Assembly: GCA_009602725.1 (NCBI GenBank)
Contig: WELB01000018.1
Span: forward strand, 13,749-64,570
DNA: 50,822 nt
Direction of reading: 5' to 3'
Origin: Spirogloea muscicola
Lineage: Eukaryota
The position numbers were made by a program, and so were the translations under genes. The notes beneath the pieces are model-generated. The model did not search any database and was not told where the DNA came from. It saw only the letters and a program-made list of their open reading frames with translations. How positions within the stretch are numbered: position 1 is the first letter of the stretch; the number at the start of each line of letters is the position of its first letter. Positions 37,421 to 47,817 of the stretch are shown piece by piece.

Positions 37421-39668
37421 ATGGGCCAGGTGTGCTGCGTGCTGCGCGTGGAGCAGTCCACCGTCGGCTTCGTCGAGCGCTTCGGCCGGTACAGCCACGT
37501 GGCGCAGCCGGGGTGCCACTGCCTCTGCTGGCCCTGCGGCGTCTCGCTCGCCGGCCTCCTCAGCATGCGCATCCAGCAGCTCGACGTGCGCTGCGAGACC
37601 AAGACCAAGGTGCGAGGCGCGCCCGCCCCCGAAAGCGCCGCACCGAGGCTTCCGCTATCCTTTTGGCAACTAAAGTCTGCAGTGAGCTTGCTTGCTGATT
37701 GTCGCACCCTCTTCAGACCAGCTCTTTTACAGCACACGCACTAAGCGAGCAGGAAATCCATTATTGATGTGTGCGAGTGTATTCTTAAGCAGTGGCGGAG
37801 TCTTTGTCGCGTACAGAGTGTCTGAAGGGCCTCACACAGCTTTTGGTTTGCCATCCTGCGTGTAGGACAATGTCTTTGTCAACGTGGTGGCCTCGGTGCA
37901 GTACCGCGTCATTCGAGACAACGAGGTGGATGCCTACTACAAGTTGACAAGCCCCAAAGAGCAAATTCAGGCTTACGTCTTTGACGGTGAGCATGCAACT
38001 GCAGTATGGCTGGTCACGGGCGGTACAACGCAAGCCTTCCCAATGATGAGTGCAAAGCTTTACCAATATCAGATCTACCTTGTCTGCTACTGCAGAATTT
38101 GCTTGCTGAAGAGACACGAGAAGTGAATGTGAAGCTAGTCCGGTCATGCTTAGCAATGACTCGCTTGTGACATCAGCAACGAGTTTGTCAGCTAAAGCGT
38201 TACACACATTTTTTCGTCTGATCTCAGCTGCCATCCTCGTGTGCTTTGGCAGTGGTGCGTGCTAGTGTTCCAAAGATGAACCTGGACGCAGTCTTCGAAT
38301 CGAAGAATGACATTGCCAAGGTTGTAGAGGATGAGTTGGAGAAGGTGAACAGCATCACTTCTCTGTTCCACGAGACGGAGTAGGATGACACGGCTTTCTA
38401 TTGCTCAACGTAGTGCTGAAGTATCCAGCAGGAGACAGTGCATACAAAGCCTCTGCTGTGCGGTCAAGTGAAGTGTAGCATATCTGGGGGACTCGACTGG
38501 CTATTCAAGTGCCATAGCAAGCCGAAGGTATCCTACTGACAGCACATTCTATTCTTAACGCTGCAGGCAATGGCAACCTATGGTTATGAGATTGTCCAGA
38601 CACTTATTGTTGACATAGAGCCCGATCAAACTGTGAAGCGCGCCATGAACGAGATCAATGCAGGTGCAGTGATGACTATCTAGTCTTGTAACCTTACATC
38701 TAGTGGTACTACTCAAGCAACATAACCTCGTGCTACTTAAGCAATACTTGCTTGAGAACCCAAGGGACACCAGCAGGTGTCCTTGGGAATAAAGCAGGTG
38801 TTGCTCTAGATCAACGAAACTGCAGGTTGAGAATTCATGCTTGTGAATGTTCACAGCTGTGCGATTACGAGCTGCTGCCACGGAGAAGGGTGAGGCGGAG
38901 AAAGTCTTGCAAGTGAAGCGTGCGGAAGCTGAAGCTGAGGCTAAATATCTCTCTGGCTTGGGAATTGCACGTCAACGTCAGGTGAATAAGGGTCCAACAT
39001 AGAACATAGAACATAAAGGCCAGAACCACATAAGTGGCACACTTGGCTACTTCTGTAGTGCGTGGGATAGTAATGTTCACTAGGTTTGCAGGCAAGGTTT
39101 ACAGGCAGCATGAGCAGCTCAGACTTGCCCAGAATTCACAAATCCATGCTCCCAGGTGAAACCAAGCTTGTCAGTTGACCTGGTGTGTCAGACTGACACA
39201 CTTGGATGAGAATGTGGTGCTTTCAGGCCATTGTTGATGGACTGCGAGAGAGTGTTTTAGCTTTTTCTGGCAACGTGCCAGGAACTGGGCCCAGAGATGT
39301 AATGGAGATGGTGCTCATGACTCAGTACTTTGACACCATGAAAGATATTGGCAGTCATTCCAAGAATTCTACCCTCTTCTTACCACATGGACCAGCAAAC
39401 GTTGCTGAGATAGCCAATCAGGTAAGTCCAGTACACTGGCGCTGCACAATCCTTTGGTTTTGGGAGGTTGATAGGCAGACTCTGTGAATGCCCACATCTT
39501 GCCAGAGACTATGGGGTTTCTTACCAGATTTCATTCTGATGCACAACTTGAGCAGCCTTTCAAGCAACACATTGGACTTCACAGCCTAAGAAGATACGAG
39601 CATACTGTTTGCAGGTCCGCTATGGTCTTACGCCTCCCCCAAGCATGACCGAGATGAAGGCTGACTGA
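37421..39668 (+). CDS. HIR protein, SPFH/band-7 family, paralog 2
   Basis: MGQVCC...; same exon structure and motifs as paralog 1; ends [17 protein letters not shown]. Confidence 0.93.
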
Positions 39669-40371
39669 TACTTATGAGGCTTATTAGGCAGCTCATGAAG
39701 CTGTTGCAGTTGTGTAGCATTGGTGCACCAGCTGAGTATTGCAGAGTAGTGCAGCTTAGCCCTCCATTACAACACCTTCTGAGCAAGGGTGGTGTATTCC
39801 TACTGTAAATTTTGACTAGTCAGCATACGAGGCAGGGTGTGGCACATTACTGCCTTGATTGTACCACTTGTATATTCACAGGGTACGTCATAGGTAGTCA
39901 TCGAGTAACCTCAACTACAATCAGATTATGGCTTCTTGAAAGCTGCTCCAAGGCAAACGATTACATTAATCACCCAGCCAATGAAAGTATGACTTTACCT
40001 CCTACGAAACAAGGACTACTTCCTCTATTACCATCAGGCTCATGTTGGTACTAAGAGAATCAGCTCACACCCGACCTCTTGGTCCTGGATTTATAGTGTT
40101 TCAGGAGCAATGTTGTTGTCTTTCGCGCTTACGTACATTAGTTTACTCAACAGTACAGCTTGGCAAAGCAAACCACGCCCGTTTGACATTTAAAATGCAG
40201 TGTAGCAGTGCGGTTTTAGAGCAGGCAAACTTAGGACCGTGTCCCACAGTTGCCGAGACAGCCCTGTAGACATGACTGTCCAGGAGGTAGTCCAGTGGAT
40301 ACAATAAGATACAGACCAAGAAGCTCGCATCGAGGTCAGAGACCTAGAGCAGCCCTGTTATGAAGCGCTGG

Positions 40372-41052
40372 TCAATCCTCGTCAAATGTAATGTGCGGCG
40401 ACTGAGTGCAGCCAGGAGCCTCTTCGCTCTCGGCCCCACAGCAGTCATAGAACCTCGCCGCATATGGCCCCTCTCCGTCCTTCAGCTCGTAGTACCTGCT
40501 GCCGCTTCAGTCAATAATCAGGCCCTGCAAAGCCTGTCATCATGAAGCACACCGTAGCCCCCTTTGGGGGCCCTCTGGCGCTTGTAAGTCACCTGCGCTA
40601 CAGCACTTAAAGAAGCCTGCTCCTGTGGCGCAAAGCTGTAGCAAGGTAGCAGCAATTTACCTCATACCTAGACTAAAACCCTGAGTGGTCGATATCTGAT
40701 ACAGAGCCGGGCATATAGTGGTGGGTGTCTACTATTCGCACTTCACCATGGCTGCTAGGCAAGCACCACTAGTTGACTTGCTGAACTGCATGGCTGCTCA
40801 GATTGAACGACTGACGAAGCAGCGCTGATCCCCCTCTTGTTTACGATGGCATTCAAAGCCCTCGAGGTCTTTCGAAGGTGAGTACTGCCGCTGCGGGCTC
40901 AGAGAGGCCGTGGTGAGGGCCCACCGTTTCTGGTCGTCGTGCCGTCGACAGACAAACAGGCCGCGGTGGTAGGCGCACGCGGCCACTTCATTCTGATGCG
41001 GGTCAAACTGCCGCTTGCACCTCCGGCACAGCCGCGTACCCGCGTTCATCAC
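40372..41052 (-). CDS. Uncharacterised Cys/His-rich (putative Zn-binding) plant-type protein; 5' end not resolved
   Basis: Exon CRRCKRQFDP..CAYHRGLFVCRRHDDQKR splices to YYELKDGEGPYAARFYDCCGAESEEAPGCTQSPHITFDED*. Confidence 0.7.
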
Positions 41053-41626
41053 GCGGGCACGCGTGATTAACGCTTCTCCAGGCTCACGAAGGAGGGGGAC
41101 AGGGTTTGGGAAGAAAGCAGCAGCAAGACGCTGCCACCGTAGTCAGCAAGACGCTGCCACCGTAGTCGCGGCTGTGCTGCACCAGTTAAGAGATGCAGGC
41201 ATGGGCCTCAGGGCTGGCGGTGTGATGCGAGCTCTGGGGCCAGAGCCGAGAAGACTCAGACTCGAGCACGGCGGACCACGAGCTCGTGAAGCGGCTGCCG
41301 TGGCTGGAGGTGGAGCCGCTCACGGAAGCTCAGCGGAGGCGGAGGCAACCGCTCAACACAATTGTACGACAGCAACAGCGCAGCGACTTCTCCCCCAAGG
41401 GCCAAAGCCCACTCGCGACGCCGACCGCCGGAAGGCCGTTTCCCGATCGCCCCACCACCGCTTATGTAGCGCCCTCCTCCACGGTACTTGTGGTTGGTCG
41501 AGGTGCCCCATCAGATGGGCTGCCTTGGTTGCGGCTTTGTGGAACTGAGCGCTGCAGTCCACCACCCGTGGTCGGATCGGCCACTGGGTCCGGTAATCCC
41601 ATCATCGGGTCATCACAAGAAGGTCC

Positions 41627-41691
41627 CAAAAGAAGGCGCGCGGTGCGCATGAAACTGAAAGAGATGCCACTTCTAACCTTACAGATGTCCT
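41627..41691 (-). mobile_element. 65-nt type-C 3' end with about 35-bp TSD
   Basis: GGTAATCCCATCATC(G/C)GGTCATC(A/C)CAAGAAGG(T/A)CC at 41592-41626 and 41692-41726. Confidence 0.8.
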
Positions 41692-42711
41692 GGTAATCCC
41701 ATCATCCGGTCATCCCAAGAAGGACCGGCCAAACAGCTTAGCTAACGGCCGACCTTGGTATTCCAGGCAGCGCGAGGGTCTCGGCGTGACATGCCCAAGC
41801 CGGGGCGGGCAGTCTGCTTCGCAAAGCTTCACCCTCCTGCACGCACGCGCCTGCGCCCACCCGCGCCTGCGCCTGCGCCACGCCTTGATAGCGCTGAGCC
41901 TGGGGCAGAAGGCACGCAGTAGCCAGTGAACCTTAGCTGGACCCGCGTACGACTGCGACAAGTCTTGGCATGAATCGCGGGTGAGCAGACTTGCGTATAA
42001 TGCTGTCATCGCCTGTCATTACGCCTATCCTTCAGATCCACTCTGCTACAATCTGAGGTTGGATATGATAGTGCACTTGCGGCAACACGCATAGCATAAT
42101 CATTGTGGTCAAGTGTACCGCATCTGTTGCTGGAATCTGTGTTCCTGCACCTTGCTTGTGTTGTCAAGATTTGCTGTATGCTTCTCTCGAACCATCGGCC
42201 CGGTACATAGCGGCCGCTCTCCGGAGGGTCTCTTTTATCCGGGTTACTTACAGAGGGCCGCTCTTCGGAGGGTCTCTTTGGTTCGGATGACTTAGATAGC
42301 AGTTCTCGTCTGAGAGCTTCATTGACTTGGTCACTTGGACAATCAATTCAAGAGCCAGTTGCACACATCTTTCTTCTGAAGCGGATTGTTTAGCTTGAAT
42401 TTTATTGCATCAGATTGCTTCTTGTACAATTGCTTAGGACTTCGCTCAAGACTGCTAGTGTGACTGTTGCTTGTGAGCTAACATGGCTCCGACTATTCCA
42501 GATCAACTGTTGTTTTGATGTATTTGACCTAGTTTGTTACTGTTTTCCACAATTAGGATGCGAGGAAGGTCAGGCAAGGTTGTCAACCTGGACAAGGCGA
42601 GTAGTACAGATCTGGTTGACACTGATCTATCTCCGCCTGTGGTACTTACATCCTTGATGGCTGCAGTCATTCCTGCCTCGTCAGTTCCCCGCTTTGGGAG
42701 GTGAAACAGCA

Positions 42712-42723
42712 TGGTATCAGGAG
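42712..42723 (+). other. Primer-binding site complementary to initiator tRNA-Met
   Basis: TGGTATCAGGAG versus canonical TGGTATCAGAG, directly upstream of gag remnants. Confidence 0.65.
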
Positions 42724-43299
42724 GTCAGCACAAATTTCAAGGCACACAAGGTGGGATTCCATAGCCAAAGTCAAAGCTCACTTGTAAGCATCATGTGTGA
42801 CTGTAGCCTACAAGGTTGCCTTGTGGGACGCGAGCAGAATTTGACAGTGCTTGCAAAGTATGTCATGGGAGAGGCTGGAGCTATGTAAGACGGGTTAGAC
42901 AAGATGTCTGACCAAAAGGACTCCCATTGCAGGATCAGCTTCTGTGGCAGAGATATTAGCAGGGCCTCAACTCAATGAAGACCCTGTGGAGGGAATCTCC
43001 AGGCTGTTCTCCATGCAATTTCCCGAAAAGACAATCAGGTACAAACAGGACCTCTTCAGATTTTGTTCATGAAGCTGAAGAAAGTATCACAGCATGTCAT
43101 ATCCGCTATCTTTAAGCTTAAAGAGAAGTCCTGTAGTACTATCAGTCAAGAGGACGTAGCGGCACAAATTCTGCAAGTAGTAGCTGGAAAGGCACTACGG
43201 CATGTCCAGATTCTGCTGATGATGTGAAGGCAACAATTCAATAAGCTGCAGTATGACCTTGACAATGTGTATCAGGTCATGTGGAGGAGGAGGACTTGA

Positions 43300-45210
43300 T
43301 GAAAACGTTGACGGGACTGTGGCTCTCGGTGCTACCACCGCGTACGACGCAGTCCACGCGGCAGCTACGCCCTATCAGGATGTAGTGTGGTCCGTGGCCA
43401 ACCTGATGGCCTCTCCTGCGTCCGTGGGCTTCTCACGTACAGACGGATATGCGTGGGCGAACCGGCCGGATCTCGTCAAACCGCATGCTAGCAGGATCGA
43501 GCAGGCGGCAGCGGTCCTGAAAGTATATCCCGTGCTGGCAGCACAGCGTGTCCACGCCAGTGAGGCGGTGATGCGGGCTCTGGGCGGCGCCAGTTCGGTG
43601 TCCTGGCTCGCAGCGTGTCAGGCGGCGGCCTATGATTATGGAATGGCGAATGTGGGGGCTTACCCGGCTGTGACCCCGCCCCCTGATGAGCACTGGCTAG
43701 CGGCTCATCCGAACCCCCTGGCCAAGCAGTGGAAGAGTACGAGTGGCCGCTTCTTGCCGGTTTGGGCCACAACGGCCAGGTGGTGCTGCGTGCCGAGACC
43801 ATCACCGATGAGCGCGTGGCTGTACTAGCAGCCCTCATTGAGAACGGCAGCCGAGGCATGCCGCCGCCTGCGCCGGGCCAGCCATGGCTGCCTTCAATAC
43901 GCACAACTGCCTGGGGAGGGGCTACCGGCATCGCTTTTATCATACCCGCCTTGTGCACAACGGCGGGAGAACGTGCCGCGTTTGCCGCTAACGGCTGGCG
44001 GGCCCTTTTGCCCGAGTCGCTGACGTATGAGCGCATCTGCGCTGCGCTGTACTCCTACGTGGCGTAGTACGCGTTGGCAGAGGACGCTGACGACGCATCC
44101 GCCGTGGCACAATTGTTCAGCGCAGCCGTGCTCGGCGCACCCGCAGCTGCATCTACTGCCCTGCGCACAATCGTGCTGCCCCGGCCTTTCGGGTTGCAGG
44201 TGCTGCTGAGCGAGCTGCTGGCCCCTGCCCTGGACCCGTCCTCATATGCCCCGGCCGACGCCGTATGGGCGCCCACCAGGGCACACTGCGCCGCAGGTGT
44301 TGCTCTGGGCGCGGTAGCCTTACTGGGTGCTGCACTTGCGACAGCCCGAGAAGCAGGGGCCGACCCTTGTGGTGTGTCGCGGAGCGAGCTAGCTGCCGCC
44401 AACCTTTACTAGGCGGTCCGCCGCGCGGGGGGAGAGGCGCGGCTCCTAGCACGCGTGTTGGGGCACGGTCACGGTCTACATGCGCCGCTTGACATGACTC
44501 TGGGCCCTCAGAGGTGGGCGAGCGCCCTCGCCCCCCTCATCGGTACTGCTCCGCACCACCTCCAGACAGAGGCGACGTGCCTGGCCTTATACGGGTGTGG
44601 CGCCACGCCCGACACACATGCGTCAGCTGAGAAGCCGGCTCTTACCTACTTGGCCAGCGTCGGATACGGCGTTTTGCTGCAACTGGAAGGACTGTCGCAT
44701 ATCCGCGCCATGTCGGTGGGCGTGCCGCAGTCGCTCGGGCTCCGAGCACCGGCGCAGACCTATTGAGTGAAGCGCCCCGCCCCAGACAACGTGCCAGATG
44801 CCCAAGACCACTGGGCTGCGGCGGGCACCAATGTGAGAGCCGCCGCTGCTACGGCGCTGGAGGTGCTTGACATGCGGACCCCGAGCGCGTTCGGACTGCC
44901 ATGGGCCTTCAATGGTTGTGCTCTCCCCTCCTACCTCGAGTTTAGCAGCGAGGACAAGGTGTTTGTGCATATGGCATCCACATCGTCAGTGGCGGCTAAC
45001 GCCCTGCAGCAGGCACTCAACCCCTCCCGCTGGGCCGCCGGCGTACGAAGGCCGCTGATATGTTTCGGCCACTCGCCGCAGGCAAAACCCCCCCCCCCTC
45101 CCATTGTCCCCCCCCGTGGCCCAGTGCGCAGAATGCGTGCCGCGCTCATGGCCGCCGCACTAAGAAGCGACGTCGCCAGCTCCGGGGCAGAGCTGGGCAT
45201 TTGTGCCTAA
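43300..45210 (+). pseudogene. Intronless ~640-aa reading frame inserted in gypsy gag; candidate endogenous dsRNA (toti-like/Ghabrivirales) virus capsid gene
   Basis: ORFs starting at 43729, 44074, 44455 and 44767 share one frame broken only by TAG/TAG/TGA, joined by one frameshift near 43730 to the 43253 ORF. Ala-rich with a Pro-rich C-terminus. The viral identity is inferred, not searched. Confidence 0.5.
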
Positions 45211-47194
45211 AAGCTAAACAGGACCTCTTCAGGTTCAACCATGAATCAGAAGAAAGCATAACAGCCTGTAATTCCTGCTATCTTAAGCTGATGGAGAAGT
45301 CTCTTATGACTATCAGTCAACAGGGCTAAGCGGCACATCTCCTGCAAGTAGCATAATACGCCTTCTGTCTTGGATCTGGAAAAAGCATTTGAACCTTGCG
45401 ACCGATGCAAATCTAAAGTCTGGGGTGAAGATGAATTCTTTCAATGTATTCAAATGCCTGCTAATCTAAAAAGTGCACCGTCCTTGTTCCAGCGTATGAT
45501 GGACCAAGTTTTGAGAGGAGTTACCTTTGCTACATATTGTGTTGGTTTTTAGCCATAGGTTTGCTGAGCATGTGATCCACGTTGACTCTGTACTGAAATT
45601 CATACAATGCTCAGGATAGAAATGTCATCATGGTAAATGCCGCTTCAGACTCACTGAGAATTCTTACTTCGGCATCTGGTTAAACAGAGTAGTTTGTCAC
45701 CTCAGTACAGTCAAGACCAGGCAATATAATCCATCCCGGCACCAACTAACATAACCACCTTGACATCATTTCTTGAATTTGCCAGTTTCTATCGCAGGTA
45801 CATTGGTCATTTCAGCTCACTGGCTCGTCCTATGAATAACTCCTCAAGAAAGGCAAACAAAGGGAATAGGGAGTGGAACACGAAAAAAGGATACTCCAAC
45901 TCAGAAAGTGTTTGACAAAAGCTCCTGTTTAGCAGCGTCCTTAGTAAGCTAAAGAGCTTCAGTTACACAGTCTGGAGTGAGTCGGTATGCATGCTGTACT
46001 TAAACAACAGGATGAGGACCCACCATGACTACGTCATTGCATCTGCCAGTCGTTCGACCAATGCAGCTCAACAGAACTACTCTGCTTATGAAGGCGAATG
46101 TCTTGCGGCTACTTGCGCCAGTATGCATTGCAGACCGTACTTGTATGGACGGCCTTTCAAGCTAATAAGAGATCATCCATCAACCCCTTAAATGGCTGAT
46201 GACCACTCCAGCTCTGACTGTTAAACTAGCCCGATGGGCATTGCGCCTACAAGAAAATGAGTTTGAGATAATACATAAGCCAGGATTTGCAACGTCTGGC
46301 TGCGGATGCACTCAGCCGCAATCTTACACCAGCACCTGTGGATGAACAGCTTGCTTAAATATCTGTTGCCGCTGTCTCTGTACCTTCAAGTAGTCCTGCT
46401 TACTACATGACCTATTTCGCCCATGCATTTTCCACTTGCCTGTGGATTGACGTTCCTGACGACTGTTTGTTCTTGGAGAAGGTTTGGCTACATCTTCCAA
46501 AGTGGCACATATCTACCTCAGCATTCTACCATTCAAAAAAGATCGCATCAAGAAGAAACAAAACAGGCTTGGAGGTAAGACAATTGAATCGACCGAATCA
46601 GGAATAGGTTTGTTCCATTTCCCGCTTTATATCTGCAAATATCACAGATATTCATACCGATTATGGACACTTTGGTATCGAAAGGGCCACTCCTTATGCC
46701 CAGACATTGGTAGCATGGTGTCACAGATACTTTGATATGTCTTGTCACAATGCGAAGAGTGTGACTGCAGATGTAGTACATTCTCTCTGAAGTCACCAGT
46801 ACTACATCCTTTACCAAATTAAGGGCTATTCTACAGATGGAGCCTTGATCTGGCAGGACCACTCCGACAAGGCAAACAAAGGTCTTTTGTTCTGATTGAT
46901 AATTGTGGAGCATTTGCTAATGGGTGGAATATGTCGTTATCTCTGCTAAATTTGGTGTCTTCATCGCTGATGCCTCAACGCCCTCGCCAATAACAGGGGA
47001 TTAACCGCCAGTTCCTTGCAAGCGGTCGCCAACAGTCAACTTCGCGGGCTCCCGCCTAACCCAGTGGCTGCCGGTATGTAAATGTTGACAGAGTGACACT
47101 TTTACGCTTTGTAGTCACTCCGATCTGCACTTGCTGCCTATAGATTCTTGAGCGTCCACTCGCAGATGTCACGGAGCATGATCTCTTGTAATTT

Positions 47195-47282
47195 GCGCCT
47201 TCCAGCCCTTTCAGATTCTTTTCATTCCTTCTGGGCTGGCCTCTCACAGCCATTGCCATACATTGAAAGAGCTGTTTTTTTT
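47195..47282 (+). mobile_element. Type-A tail fragment
   Basis: CATTCCTTCTGGGCTGGCCTCTCACAGCCATTGCC..GAAAGAGCTGTTT closely matches the reverse complement of 2815-2888. Confidence 0.75.
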
Positions 47283-47817
47283 AGTGTCGGCCACACGACC
47301 CCATATCTCCACCGTATGCAGGCAACTTGCCCTTGTGCGGTGAGGTCCGCAGGCCTGCCACAGAATGCTGCTCAAGGCAGCGGCCTAATCCTGCTGCCAT
47401 GCAGTCATCGACAAGAGATGCTCTGCTCAGGCAATGTCAAGCTTTTGCAAGTGGACCAAACACGCCTCAGCGGTCAGATTGTTTGACGGAGGCACAACGG
47501 AGCTAGAACGATTGTGGCACAAGGCGAGACCCTGTTGCATTGGGCTGACACAAACTCAGCAAGGCCCAGAGTATAGGGGACTGCACTCATGAAGAGCATC
47601 AGATCTCTGCGAGCATCCTGTACAACCGAGCCTCTGCAGTGAGGCAAGCCGTCTCGCGTCCATCTCCTTGCAAGGATGAATTGCAGCGTGCCACTCCTCT
47701 TCCTGACGATCAAGTCGAGCTAGCAGGGCGGGTGCACCCTCGGGTGCGAAGTATTATGCCTACTTGAAGCTACTCGACCGCCTAGCCAACTATCATACTC
47801 CTATGCGCCCCAAGCAG

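Larger units (their letters stand above)
42000..47000 (+). mobile_element. Degraded Ty3/gypsy LTR retrotransposon (putative 5' LTR, PBS, gag remnants, RT-RNaseH-integrase); boundaries approximate
   Basis: tRNA-iMet-type PBS TGGTATCAG at 42712-42720 after ..GAAACA. gag-like KQDLFRF..EESITAC. RT DLEKAF and MPANLKSAPSLFQRMMDQVL. RNase H ASRSTNAAQQNYSAYEGECLA..RPYLYGRPF..LARWALRLQE. Integrase HTDYGHFG..CEEC and RWSLDLAGPL. No 3' LTR recognised. Confidence 0.85.

Noticed and set aside
41121..41166. 23-bp tandem duplication (similar short ones near 6965, 10990 and 12411)
   Set aside because: Simple slippage duplications with no further structure.
42212..42296. 44-bp tandem duplication
   Set aside because: An ordinary internal repeat of the putative LTR.
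47290..47800. Short ORFs between the gypsy remnant and the TMEM69-like gene
   Set aside because: No recognisable motifs in any frame.
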